From Parasphingorhabdus sp. (GTDB lineage: Bacteria > Pseudomonadota > Alphaproteobacteria > Sphingomonadales > Sphingomonadaceae): a DNA stretch of 64,000 nt. The stretch is taken from positions 4,077-68,076 of the forward strand of contig NZ_DATCTC010000015.1 in assembly GCF_036568145.1 (NCBI RefSeq), written 5' to 3'. Below, piece after piece: positions 26,752 to 36,256 of the stretch. The notes under the pieces were generated by a model, which was not told where the DNA came from, did not search any database, and saw nothing but the letters and a program-made list of their open reading frames with translations. Position 1 is the stretch's first letter, and every line of letters starts with the position of its first letter. A program made the translations under genes and the position numbers.

Positions 26752-26868
26752 GGGTGATGGGGCAGGATTGCCCCGTATCCGTTAGTGGTGAGACTGCCGA
26801 AAGGCACTTGCGGATTTGATACCGTCTCACCCCTAGCGGTAATGAGTTCAGCTTCGAGGGCGCAGCGC

Positions 26869-27279
26869 TTACATATAACTAACCACTTCAAATTCGATGC
26901 CGTTCCAGTCGAAAAAATAAAACCGCCGCCCCGGATCATAATCGTCATGGCCAAAGGGTTCCAATCCTGCCGCGATAACTTTTTCCTCCACGCCGTCCAG
27001 ATCATCGACGGTCATCGCGACATGGTTCATCGGCTGGCCTTTCCGGAAAGTGGGGCCATGGCCATCGTTGGCGGCCTTCACATCCTCATTGGTATAGAGC
27101 GCGATATATTGGTCATCACTTCCGACGTGGATCGTGTGGCCACCCAGCATTGATGGCCCCTCCCACCGGATATGCCAGCCAAACAGGTGGCGCATCAGGG
27201 CGGCGGACCTCTGTGGGTTGGCGACCGTGATGTTGACATGTTCCAGTTGCGCGGTCGCTGCGGTTGTCGAATCTGTCAT
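26869..27279 (-). CDS. VOC (glyoxalase/bleomycin resistance/dioxygenase) family protein
   Basis: 136-aa ORF. LEHVNITV...... and NHVAMTVDDLD are paired beta-alpha-beta-beta-beta motifs of the VOC fold. It lies divergent from soxR, behind a SoxR-box promoter. Confidence 0.75.
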   Translation of the reverse strand: MTDSTTAATAQLEHVNITVANPQRSAALMRHLFGWHIRWEGPSMLGGHTIHVGSDDQYIALYTNEDVKAANDGHGPTFRKGQPMNHVAMTVDDLDGVEEKVIAAGLEPFGHDDYDPGRRFYFFDWNGIEFEVVSYM

Positions 27280-27378
27280 TATTCATTTCCTTTTCCTTGA
27301 TCGTCCGAACATTTGGGACAGGCAGAAATTCCGTTTGGTTTGTGGCCAAAAGACATTCCGGTTTGTCCTCACTTGTGA

Positions 27379-27409
27379 TTCGTACAACCTCAAGTTAGAT
27401 TGAGGTCAA
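27379..27409 (-). promoter_or_regulatory. SoxR-dependent MerR-type promoter: -35 TTGACC, 19-nt spacer containing the SoxR box, -10 TACGAA
   Basis: The minus strand reads TTGACC-TCAATCTAACTTGAGGTTG-TACGAA. The palindrome CCTCAAGTTAGATTGAGG (27388-27405) matches the SoxR box CCTCAAGTTAACTTGAGG at 16 of 18 positions. The 19-bp spacer is the MerR-family hallmark. Confidence 0.7.
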
Positions 27410-27433
27410 GAGGATATTTAAAACACTCTATCA

Positions 27434-27889
27434 ATGGGGAATTCTATGCCTGACACCAAATCGCTGACTATTGGAGCGCTGGCCGCGCGGACAGGGTTGT
27501 CGGTTTCTGCTATTCGTTTTTACGAGGAAAAGGGGCTGGTCGAACCTTTCCGCTCCAGCGGCGGCCAGCGGCGCTTTTTACGATCGGACATAAGGCGGCT
27601 GTCTTTTGTCCTGATCGCGCAGCAGATGGGATTGAGCATCGGGGAGATCGAACAACAGCTTACCAGCCTCCCCCATGGCCGTACACCTACCCAGGCCGAC
27701 TGGACCCGGATCAGCAAAGCAATGCGCAAGATGATCGACAAACGGATAGCCGAACTGGAACGCACACGCGACCGGCTGGACGGATGTATCGGCTGCGGCT
27801 GTCTGAGCCTGAAAAAATGCAAGCTCTACAATCCCGAAGACCGTGCCGGATTAAAGGGGCCGGGACCAAGGCTGGTTTTGGGGGATTAG
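27434..27889 (+). CDS. soxR: Redox-sensitive transcriptional activator SoxR
   Basis: MerR HTH (LTIGALAARTGLSVSAIRFYEEKGL) plus the C-terminal [2Fe-2S] motif CIGCGCLSLKKC. An alternative start lies at ATG 27446. Confidence 0.92.
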   Translation: MGNSMPDTKSLTIGALAARTGLSVSAIRFYEEKGLVEPFRSSGGQRRFLRSDIRRLSFVLIAQQMGLSIGEIEQQLTSLPHGRTPTQADWTRISKAMRKMIDKRIAELERTRDRLDGCIGCGCLSLKKCKLYNPEDRAGLKGPGPRLVLGD

Positions 27890-27917
27890 GGGCCCGCCTA
27901 TAGTAGAAGCACAACCC

Positions 27918-30900
27918 TCACTCCGCCGCCAACAATTCTTCCGCGGCATTCAGGTCCACTGACACCAGTTGCGAAATCCCGCGTTCGATCATCGTTACAC
28001 CGAATAGCCGGTGCATCCGGCTCATCGTCACGGCATTATGGGTCACGATTAGATAGCGGGTGTTGGTTTCTGCCACCATCCTGTCGAGCAAATCGCAGAA
28101 GCGTTCGATATTCGCGTCATCAAGCGGCGCATCAACCTCATCTAGGACACAGATCGGGGCCGGATTGGTGAGGAACAGCCCAAAGATCAGCGCGACGGCG
28201 GTAAGCGCCTGTTCACCGCCCGAAAGCAATGTCAGCGAGGTCAGCTTTTTGCCCGGGGGCTGCGCCATGATTTCCAGACCGGCTTGCAGCGGATCATCGC
28301 TATCAACCAGTTCCAGATGCGCTTGGCCGCCCTCGAATAAGGTGCTGAACAGACGCCGGAAATGCTGGTCCACCTCTTCAAAGGCCGCGAGCAGTCGTTG
28401 CCGCCCTTCGCGGTTCAGGCTGCCAATCGAACCGCGCAGCTGGTTGATCGCCTCGTTAAGTTCGTTACTTTCGCGTGTAGATTTTTCCCACTCGGTTTCT
28501 AACTCTTCCAGCTCGTCCGCCGCGACCAGATTGACCGGTCCGATGCGCTCGCGGCTTTGTGTCAGCCGCTCCAGTTGCGCGGATTCTGGTCCCGGTTCAC
28601 CGACTGTCGCTTCGTCAAATTCGCATTTTTGGGACAAAAGCTGCGGCGGACATTCAAACTTCTCACCGGATATCCGACCCATTTCCACCCGGCGAAGGTC
28701 CTGGTTCTCGGCCCGTGCAGCGGCGCCGGCGCGTTCTTCGCGGGCTTGGCTCAACGCTTCGCTGGTCGCGGTCAGCCGGTCCTCATGCTCGCGCTGGGCG
28801 AGTTCGGCGGTCTGTAGCGCGGCATCTTTTTCCGCAACAATGGCGACCAGAGCGTCCTGTTGCTTCTGTAGCTTGGCGACCTCCACCTCGATAACCCGGG
28901 GGCGGTCGGCAAGTTTCTCGACTTCCTCTGCAATTGCGGTGCCGCGCTTGGCCATCTCCGCCATACGGGTAGCAGCTTCGGTAGAGCGGTCTTGCCATGA
29001 TTTGATTTGCGCGGTGGCGACAGCTTTTTGTTCCCTGATCTGTGCCAGTTTCTGGTTCAGCCCTGACAAGGCAGCCTGCGAAGACATGACCTGTTGCCGC
29101 GCCGCATCGCGTTGATCCTGAAGCCGTGCGCGTGTTTTTTGCTGCTCTTCGCCATCAGGTTGGTTGCTGCGCTCTTTCTGCGCCGCTTGCAGTTCCGCCA
29201 GTGCGGCCTTTGCCTCGTCTTTCAGAGCACTTTCCCGCTCGGACAGATTGGCGGTGCGTTTTTGCAGCCAGCCGAGCGCTTCTTCGGCCTGGTCCGCTTC
29301 GCGCAGCGTCTGGCGCAGTAAATCTTCTGCATCGCGCCGCGCTGTCCGGGCATTGGCAAGCTCTTGTTCGGCGGCAGCGATAGTCTCTTGCTGTTCCTGC
29401 AAGGCTGTTTCCGCCGCAGTCACTCTCGCTTGTGCGGGTTCCAGCAAGCCGGAAAGCTCGGTTAGACGATTGGCGCGGACCAGTCGTTCGGCACTGGCAT
29501 TGCCATCATCGCGGGCCACAAACCCGTCCCAGCGGCGCAGCGCTCCCGATTTGGTGACCAGCCTTTGTCCGACAGCAAGTATCTGATCCGCGTCAGTATC
29601 AGCGACAAAAATCTGTGACAGGCGGCGGTGCAATTGCGGCGGTGCTTTAACATGATCCAGCAATGTTTCGGTACCAGCGGGCGCAGAGCCGGAGGCTGTT
29701 ACGCCTGAAATCATGTGGCCGCTCCCCCAGAAACGATCACCATCTTCTCCGACTGAGGCCAGCAAATCATCTCCCAGAGCCGCCGCCAAAGCGCGTTCAT
29801 AGCCGGGTGCTGCCTTGACCTGATCGATGGCTTTGTGGTCGCTTTCGCTTTTGGACAGTTCCCGCTCCAGCGCGCCATGCTCGGATGTTAGCCCAGCAAG
29901 CTCGGCTTTCAAAGAGGCCAGGTCGGATGCAGCCGCGTCACGCGCTTCGCTGGCGGCTACGCGCTTTTCTTCGATCGCGGCAATCTGAGATCCGCTATTT
30001 TCCGCTTGTGTCCACGCCGTTTCCCGCAAAGCTACTGCTTCGGCAAGCGCTGTTTCAAGCTGTTCCTCATCACCCAGTTCCGCGCGTTCCTGTGCCATTC
30101 GGTCCAGTTCGGCTGCCAAACGGTCATGGCGTGTCTGCGCCGCACTCAGGGCCGCATTCGCAACCTTGATCTCTGCCTGTATCTGGGCTTCTTCGGCCAC
30201 AGCTTTGGCATATTCGACCTCGCTGTCGCTGGCGGTGCGTTCGGCTTTCTCGGCCTGCTTTTCAAGGGCAGGGCGCTCGGCCTCCAGCGTCTGCAATTCG
30301 GCGGACAGGCGCTTGGTATCTGCCTCCAGCCGCTCCAGAGCATCCATCGCATCGCGGGTAAGCTGATCCTCGCGTGCGTTATCATCCTCTATCCGCTGCG
30401 CCTGGGCTTGCAGGTCAAGCAGCCGTGATTTCAGGTTGTCACGTTCGTTGGTCAGGGACAAAAGCCGGTGGCTGGACTCGCTGGCTTCTTCGCGCGCACG
30501 GGTCAATTCGGCGCGCAATATGCCCAACGTCCGGGCGCTGTCATTCTGTGCTTTCACTGCCGATTGCTGGGCCGATTGCGCGGCATTAACCTTGGCTTCT
30601 GCTGTTTCCGCTTCGGCTTTGGCGGCATCCGCTGCTGCTGCCGCTTCTTTCCAGCGGGCATAGATCAACCGGGCTTCGGCAACCCTGATCTCGTCGCTCA
30701 GCTTTTTGTAGCGCTCTGCCTGTTTCGCCTGTCGCCGCAAAGCAGAGGCGCGCTGCTCCATGTCGCCCAATATGTCATCGAGCCGTGCAAGGTTCTTCTC
30801 CGCTGCCCGCAATTTCTGTTCGGCATCCTTGCGCCGCACATGCAGACCAGAAATACCGGCGGCTTCTTCCAGCATTTCGCGCCTGTCGGTCGGTTTTGAG

Positions 30901-31367
30901 GAAATGACATGACTGATCTTGCCCTGACTGACGAGGGCAGGACTATGCGCGCCGGTGGCGGCATCAGCAAAGATCAACGCGACATCCTTGGCCCGCACAT
31001 CAACGCCATTGGCACGATAAGCCGATCCGGCTCCGCGCTCAATCCGACGGACAATTTCCAGTTCGCTGTCATTATCCCCGACATGGAGCGAGGACACATC
31101 GGCCGCTTCCCGCTCGGCATGCAGGGCCACTTCGGCAAATTGCCGTTCCGGACGGTCCTGGGTTCCGGCGAAGATCACATCCTCCATGCCGCCGCCGCGC
31201 ATGGATTTGGCCGAGTTTTCACCCATGACCCAGCGGATGGCTTCCAGCAGGTTGGATTTGCCGCAGCCATTGGGGCCGACCACACCGGTCAGCCCTTTTT
31301 CAATGCGTAATTCAGTGGGATCGACAAAGCTTTTGAAGCCGGACAATTTCAGCTTGGTTATTTGCAC
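27918..31367 (-). CDS. smc: Chromosome segregation protein SMC
   Basis: 1149-aa ORF with N-terminal Walker A (GPNGCGKSN), long coiled coils around a hinge, and the C-terminal signature LSGGE plus Walker B (ICVLDEVDAPLD). Confidence 0.95.
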   Translation of the reverse strand: MQITKLKLSGFKSFVDPTELRIEKGLTGVVGPNGCGKSNLLEAIRWVMGENSAKSMRGGGMEDVIFAGTQDRPERQFAEVALHAEREAADVSSLHVGDNDSELEIVRRIERGAGSAYRANGVDVRAKDVALIFADAATGAHSPALVSQGKISHVISSKPTDRREMLEEAAGISGLHVRRKDAEQKLRAAEKNLARLDDILGDMEQRASALRRQAKQAERYKKLSDEIRVAEARLIYARWKEAAAAADAAKAEAETAEAKVNAAQSAQQSAVKAQNDSARTLGILRAELTRAREEASESSHRLLSLTNERDNLKSRLLDLQAQAQRIEDDNAREDQLTRDAMDALERLEADTKRLSAELQTLEAERPALEKQAEKAERTASDSEVEYAKAVAEEAQIQAEIKVANAALSAAQTRHDRLAAELDRMAQERAELGDEEQLETALAEAVALRETAWTQAENSGSQIAAIEEKRVAASEARDAAASDLASLKAELAGLTSEHGALERELSKSESDHKAIDQVKAAPGYERALAAALGDDLLASVGEDGDRFWGSGHMISGVTASGSAPAGTETLLDHVKAPPQLHRRLSQIFVADTDADQILAVGQRLVTKSGALRRWDGFVARDDGNASAERLVRANRLTELSGLLEPAQARVTAAETALQEQQETIAAAEQELANARTARRDAEDLLRQTLREADQAEEALGWLQKRTANLSERESALKDEAKAALAELQAAQKERSNQPDGEEQQKTRARLQDQRDAARQQVMSSQAALSGLNQKLAQIREQKAVATAQIKSWQDRSTEAATRMAEMAKRGTAIAEEVEKLADRPRVIEVEVAKLQKQQDALVAIVAEKDAALQTAELAQREHEDRLTATSEALSQAREERAGAAARAENQDLRRVEMGRISGEKFECPPQLLSQKCEFDEATVGEPGPESAQLERLTQSRERIGPVNLVAADELEELETEWEKSTRESNELNEAINQLRGSIGSLNREGRQRLLAAFEEVDQHFRRLFSTLFEGGQAHLELVDSDDPLQAGLEIMAQPPGKKLTSLTLLSGGEQALTAVALIFGLFLTNPAPICVLDEVDAPLDDANIERFCDLLDRMVAETNTRYLIVTHNAVTMSRMHRLFGVTMIERGISQLVSVDLNAAEELLAAE

Positions 31368-31495
31368 GGCACATGACCTGTTGTCACCCGCAGCAACTGT
31401 TCAGACCCGCTGCGGGGATGTTCATGGCTGGCCGTGAAAATCAATCCATACAAAATCTCGCCCCTCATCGACAGGCTTCAATCAGCCCGTCCCGC

Positions 31496-32245
31496 TTACC
31501 GGGCTCCTGCTTCTTTCAATGCGGCTTCAACCATCGCCCAGTTGGTGCCTTCAATTTTCTTGCCGTTCAGCAGGAATGTCGGTGTCCCCTGAATGTCATG
31601 TTGCTCCACCGCCGTTTGCGTGCCGCTCATCAGTTTTTCGGCGGTTGCTTCCTCGCTAAGGCAGGTTTTGGCCTGATCTTCGGAAATACCAAGTTGCTGG
31701 AACAGGCTGATCAAGCCAAGCTCTTCGGCCAGTCTGACAAAACGTACCTTCGGTTCCGACTGCAATACGCTGTTATAGGTCGCTTCGCCCATGCCCTGGG
31801 CTTTTGTAAACATCTGTTCCTGATTGCTCAGTGCCTGTTTGGTCAGCGCGAAAAACGGGCCTTCCCCGCCGCAGCGCGATAGCATCGCGGCGGTCAGGTC
31901 GAGCGGGTCGCGCACGAAATTGCGGATTTCAAAGCTCACACGGCCCGATTCAACATAGTCATCACGGATCGAATTAAACGCTTCCTCGCCAAATGTGGCG
32001 CAGTGCGAGCAGGTGATCGACATATATTCGACCAGTTTGATCGGCGCATCGGGATTACCCATTACATAGCCACCATCCTCGGTTTGCGAGACGGTAGTGG
32101 ACCATTTCTGGCCTTCCGGGGGCGCAACAGTTTCAACCGCGCTACTGGAGCTTGCACCATTTTCGGCTTCCGCCCCGTCGCCGCAGCCGGTGAGGGCCAG
32201 TGCAAGAGCCATTGTTACGGATGTAAAATAAAGTGATTTAGACAT
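31496..32245 (-). CDS. DsbA-family thioredoxin-fold lipoprotein
   Basis: CSHC active site and lipobox LTGC. The start is preferred at ATG 32245 (AGGAA RBS, 21-aa lipoprotein signal). The track start 32284 overlaps the upstream stop (ATGA) and is an alternative. Confidence 0.8.
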   Translation of the reverse strand: MSKSLYFTSVTMALALALTGCGDGAEAENGASSSSAVETVAPPEGQKWSTTVSQTEDGGYVMGNPDAPIKLVEYMSITCSHCATFGEEAFNSIRDDYVESGRVSFEIRNFVRDPLDLTAAMLSRCGGEGPFFALTKQALSNQEQMFTKAQGMGEATYNSVLQSEPKVRFVRLAEELGLISLFQQLGISEDQAKTCLSEEATAEKLMSGTQTAVEQHDIQGTPTFLLNGKKIEGTNWAMVEAALKEAGAR

Positions 32246-32280
32246 AGATAATTTCCTGAAAGTCTTATGATTTTTGATAT

Positions 32281-33000
32281 TCATTTCGGTAGTGCCGTCA
32301 ATATTGGCCGCAGATTATCCCAGCTATGAACGCGGTCAACCGTCTTGTTGTTAATGGTAAAACTGGGCGTTCCTGTCAGCTTCAGTGTCTCGGCGGCATA
32401 TTTTGTCATGGCGAGAACCGTGTCCTGTGCTTTCTGGTCGGCTAAACAGGTATCGACCTGCCCGGCTGAAAACCCGCGCTTTTGCATTACGCCGTAAAAG
32501 CCAGCAGCCTTGGCAATTTTTTTGATCCGTTCGGGCACTGTGCCTTCGTCAAATCCTTTCATCACTTCCGGAGAGGAAGTCTGAAGGGTTTTCATCCAGC
32601 TTGCCTGTGATGATAATAGCGCCCGGTGATTGCCGAAAAACTTTGTCCGTCCGCCGCAGCGCGCCACGATGGCCGCAGTCAGATCGATGGAATTGAGGAC
32701 AAGGTTGCGGACTTCAAAGCTGACATGCCCGTTTTTAACAAAGCCGGATTTTAGCGGAGCATTCGCTTCCATTTCAAACTTGGCGCAGTGGCTGCATGTA
32801 TAGCTCATATATTCGGTGAGACGGTGCTTTGCCAAAGGGTTGCCCATTATGTGACCGCCCTTGTCAGACATGGTGACACGCTGGGTCCAATCCGTGCTTT
32901 GGGTGCTGCTTTGCGCTGTTGCAGGCGTAGTCGCAATAGCGGCAACTCCCGCTGCTGCGCCTGTTGCTGCAATGGCAAGATATATGCTTGCGAATTTCAT
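32281..33000 (-). CDS. DsbA-family thioredoxin-fold protein, secreted (paralog of the downstream gene)
   Basis: 239-aa ORF with a signal peptide and a CSHC active site. It is clearly paralogous to 31496-32245 (LTEYMSYTCSHCA vs LVEYMSITCSHCA; GTPSF/GTPTF). Confidence 0.8.
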   Translation of the reverse strand: MKFASIYLAIAATGAAAGVAAIATTPATAQSSTQSTDWTQRVTMSDKGGHIMGNPLAKHRLTEYMSYTCSHCAKFEMEANAPLKSGFVKNGHVSFEVRNLVLNSIDLTAAIVARCGGRTKFFGNHRALLSSQASWMKTLQTSSPEVMKGFDEGTVPERIKKIAKAAGFYGVMQKRGFSAGQVDTCLADQKAQDTVLAMTKYAAETLKLTGTPSFTINNKTVDRVHSWDNLRPILTALPK

Positions 33001-33689
33001 TACTGGTCCTTTTCCGTTGTCGGCTTCCGCTTGCCGCCGCCGACTTTTCCCAACACGGTAATTGGCGTCGGCCTGTCTATTTGCGGAGCGCCTTCCGACT
33101 TGGCAATAGCCGTTGCCAGCGATTCAAGCACCCTGTTCAATTCCGGGTCGCCTATGTCGCGCAGGCTGTCGCCCAATTCTATCGGCGCGGGTTTCAGCGA
33201 AGGCGGCAATGGTGCAAGGCGTGCAGGGCGTAGATTTCCTGTATTTTTAGTATCTTTGGCCGGATTTACAGTCCCGTGTTTGAACCGCATCTGACTGATC
33301 GCGCCATAGCCGAAAAAGCGGTTCACGCGCTCGATTATTTCGGGTGCAATATGTTGCATCAGGGTTGCGTGCGCGCCTGAAACCAGCAAATTCAGTGTCC
33401 CGCCCTCTTTTTCGCCGCGTGGGAAGCGGATTGATTCGGGCAGCGAGACACCCGCATAGCGCTCACCGACAATTTCCGGCCAGCGGCTGACCACAGAGCT
33501 TTGGATGAAACCATAGCGACGAAAGGCAGCCCGACCGATTTCCGGCATCAGGTCGGAAATACTGCGTGCTTCACCGCCGCGGGGGCGTTGATATTTGTGA
33601 AATTTTCGGGCCGAAGTGGCTTTGGCAGCAGGCCTTCCTGCGCTCTTGCGCTTTGGCTTTGTGCCATCGGGACTATTTTCCTTCGCCAT
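33000..33689 (-). CDS. DUF721 (DciA-like) domain protein
   Basis: 229-aa ORF with a basic N-terminus followed by W.EIVGE......P......G.L.L.V.....A..L......I..R.N, typical of DUF721. The stop overlaps the next start (TAATG). Confidence 0.7.
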   Translation of the reverse strand: MAKENSPDGTKPKRKSAGRPAAKATSARKFHKYQRPRGGEARSISDLMPEIGRAAFRRYGFIQSSVVSRWPEIVGERYAGVSLPESIRFPRGEKEGGTLNLLVSGAHATLMQHIAPEIIERVNRFFGYGAISQMRFKHGTVNPAKDTKNTGNLRPARLAPLPPSLKPAPIELGDSLRDIGDPELNRVLESLATAIAKSEGAPQIDRPTPITVLGKVGGGKRKPTTEKDQ

Positions 33690-33716
33690 AGCGTTTTACC
33701 ATGGCATAGACACCCT

Positions 33717-34856
33717 ATGGGCGTCGACAAAATAACCGGTGAAGCGCGCAATATCACCGCCAAAATCAGTGAACATTATGTGGATAACGCCCGAAAGCTG
33801 CCGTGGCGCATTCCGCCCCAGCTATCGGCAAGCGGGATATTGCCCGATCCCTATCATGTCTGGCTGTCCGAAGTGATGTTGCAGCAGACGACGGTGGCTG
33901 CGGTTATCGCCTATTTCAAAACATTCACCGCACGCTGGCCAACAGCTGCGGATCTGGCGGCGGCGGAGGAAACGGAAGTGCTCGCGGCATGGGCGGGGCT
34001 TGGCTATTATGCGCGGGCGCGCAACCTGCATAAATGCGCGCGCCATGTGGCCGGGGCGCTGGGCGGCAGCTTTCCGGAGCGGGAGACGGAATTGCTGAAA
34101 CTACCCGGTGTGGGTGCCTATACGGCGGCGGCGATTGCGGCAATTGCCTTTGGTCGGCGCGCCGTGGTGGTGGATGCGAATATCGAGCGGTTGGCGGCGC
34201 GGCTGTTTGCGATTGCCACACCCTTGCCGGGCGGCAAGGCAGATATTCGCTCGGCCATGGATGCACTGACGCCGGAAGTTGGCGCTGGTGATTTTGCCCA
34301 GGCCTGTATGGATATTGGCGCCACTATCTGCACCGCCAAATCACCCAAATGCGGGATATGTCCTGTGCAGATGCATTGTGCGGCTTATGCACAGGGGGAT
34401 CAGGAATCCTATCCGGTAAAGCCGCCGAAAAAGGCCAAGCCTTTGCGTAAGGGACGGTTTTTCTGGATAGAGCAGGGCGGGCAATTATTGCTTGTGACCC
34501 GTCCGTCAAAGGGCATGCTGGGTTCGATGCGCGCTTTGCCCGATGATGGATGGGCGGCAAGCACGAATGGCCATGGCGAGCCGCCGCTAAACGGTGATTG
34601 GCAAGTTCACGAGAATGTCGTTCAGCACAGCTTCACGCATTTTTCGCTTGAGGTTGATGTGGCAGTTTATCAAGGTGACATGATTGCCATAAACAAATGC
34701 GACAATGATAAATGTGGCAATGATAAAAATGACAAGGGCCAAGCCGGGTTGGGGAACGCGATCTGGTGGCCGATAGACGGGATTGAGGATGCGGGCCTAC
34801 CGACGCTGTTTACAAAAGCGGTGCGATGGGCGGTTAAACGAAAACGGGAGGTGTGA
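33717..34856 (+). CDS. mutY: A/G-specific adenine DNA glycosylase
   Basis: LPWR..PDPY.VWLSEVMLQQT, the HhH motif (LPGVGAYTAAAIAAIAF), the 4Fe-4S cluster C..KSPKCGICP....C, and a C-terminal NUDIX-like domain. The start was chosen at ATG 33717; the track ORF begins at 33501 and would overlap DUF721. Confidence 0.9.
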   Translation: MGVDKITGEARNITAKISEHYVDNARKLPWRIPPQLSASGILPDPYHVWLSEVMLQQTTVAAVIAYFKTFTARWPTAADLAAAEETEVLAAWAGLGYYARARNLHKCARHVAGALGGSFPERETELLKLPGVGAYTAAAIAAIAFGRRAVVVDANIERLAARLFAIATPLPGGKADIRSAMDALTPEVGAGDFAQACMDIGATICTAKSPKCGICPVQMHCAAYAQGDQESYPVKPPKKAKPLRKGRFFWIEQGGQLLLVTRPSKGMLGSMRALPDDGWAASTNGHGEPPLNGDWQVHENVVQHSFTHFSLEVDVAVYQGDMIAINKCDNDKCGNDKNDKGQAGLGNAIWWPIDGIEDAGLPTLFTKAVRWAVKRKREV

Positions 34857-34858
34857 CT

Positions 34859-36220
34859 ATGGTGACAGACAAGATGGCGGATAAGGCGGTTCCTTCGGGA
34901 TTCAGCCGCCGTTCGGTTCTTGGCGTAATTGGTGCCAGCATTGGCGCAGGCGCCTTTCTGGGCAATGCTCACACAGCATTTGCACGCTCACTGCTTGCGT
35001 CTGCCAGTCAATTTCCCGGCCTTACCAAAATTATCAACGATTATGTCGCGCAGCGGAAAGTGGCGGGTATGCTGGCCGCCATAGGCATGAGCCAATCCGA
35101 TCCGATGGTGATTACGGCGGGAACGCACAAGCTGGGCGGTGACAAACCGGTGAACATAGATACGCTCTGGCGGCTTTATTCGCAGACAAAGCCGGTGACG
35201 GGCATGGCGGTCATGATGCTGATCGAGGACGGCCTTTTGAAGCTGGACCAGCCGCTTGCGTCGATCCTGCCCGAATTTTCCGCCATGCGCGTGCTGAAAA
35301 ATCCCGATGGGCCTCTTGATGACACGGTTCCTGCGCGCACACAGATTACCATCCGCCATTTGCTGACCCATACGGCGGGTCTGGGCTACTCAATCGTCAG
35401 CAAGGGACCGATCCAAAAGGCTTATTTTGCCGAAGGCATCACGCCGGGCGCGATCAGCCGGACCCCGGTTCCCGGCTTTGAATCAGGAATGCCGACACCG
35501 GATATTGCCACATTTTCCAAAAATCTTGCCGCGCTGCCACTAGTATATGAACCGGGCACGCGTTGGAGCTATTCGGTCAGTCTCGACCTTTTGGGCTATG
35601 TCGTGGAGACTGTGTCGGGCCTGCCACTGGATAAGTTTTTGCAAAAACGCATGTTCGATCCGCTGGGCATGAAAGATACTTTCTTTCAGTTACCTGCTGC
35701 CCGGGTGAAGGATTTTACCGACAATTACTTCTCCTTCAAAGGTGTTCTGATCCCGATTGATCCGGCGGAAAACAGCATCTATCTCGACAAGCCCGCTTTT
35801 GCCTATGGCGGTGCGGGGCTGGTTGGGTCGGCAGCGGACTATGACAAGTTTCTCACCATGTTGCTTGGTTTCGGGACATATCGCGGCACTACGATCATGC
35901 AGCCGGGAACCGCGAAACTCGGCATGTCCAACCTGCTGCCACCGAGTGTGGATTTGAAGGGAAGCTGGATCGCGCATCACGGATTTGGTGCTGGCGGGCG
36001 TGTAGGGCTTGGCACAGAGAAAAGCCCGGCAGGAACCTATGGCTGGGGCGGCGCTGCGGGAACATCGGCTTTTGTCGATACCGTCAATGACTTTCGTGCT
36101 GGCGGCTATACGCAATATATGCCGGCCATCAGCTATCCGTTCCAGAGCGATTTTCCGAATTATGTTTATGCAGATTTGATGCAGCAAATGGCAGCGGGCG
36201 AGGCCAAAACCAGCCCGTGA
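34859..36220 (+). CDS. Serine hydrolase (beta-lactamase/esterase family), Tat-exported
   Basis: SxxK motif (YSQTKPVT) and a twin-arginine signal (FSRRSVLGVIGASIGAGA). The start is at ATG 34859 (GGGAGG RBS); the track start is GTG 34853. Confidence 0.8.
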   Translation: MVTDKMADKAVPSGFSRRSVLGVIGASIGAGAFLGNAHTAFARSLLASASQFPGLTKIINDYVAQRKVAGMLAAIGMSQSDPMVITAGTHKLGGDKPVNIDTLWRLYSQTKPVTGMAVMMLIEDGLLKLDQPLASILPEFSAMRVLKNPDGPLDDTVPARTQITIRHLLTHTAGLGYSIVSKGPIQKAYFAEGITPGAISRTPVPGFESGMPTPDIATFSKNLAALPLVYEPGTRWSYSVSLDLLGYVVETVSGLPLDKFLQKRMFDPLGMKDTFFQLPAARVKDFTDNYFSFKGVLIPIDPAENSIYLDKPAFAYGGAGLVGSAADYDKFLTMLLGFGTYRGTTIMQPGTAKLGMSNLLPPSVDLKGSWIAHHGFGAGGRVGLGTEKSPAGTYGWGGAAGTSAFVDTVNDFRAGGYTQYMPAISYPFQSDFPNYVYADLMQQMAAGEAKTSP

Positions 36221-36256
36221 GCCGGAAAGTAAATAAAAGAATATAGGAAACGAATA

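Noticed and set aside
33779-33787. A DnaA box consensus, TGTGGATAA.
   Set aside because: It is a single isolated 9-mer inside the mutY coding sequence, with no cluster, no AT-rich unwinding element and no origin-type neighbours. A chance occurrence is expected.
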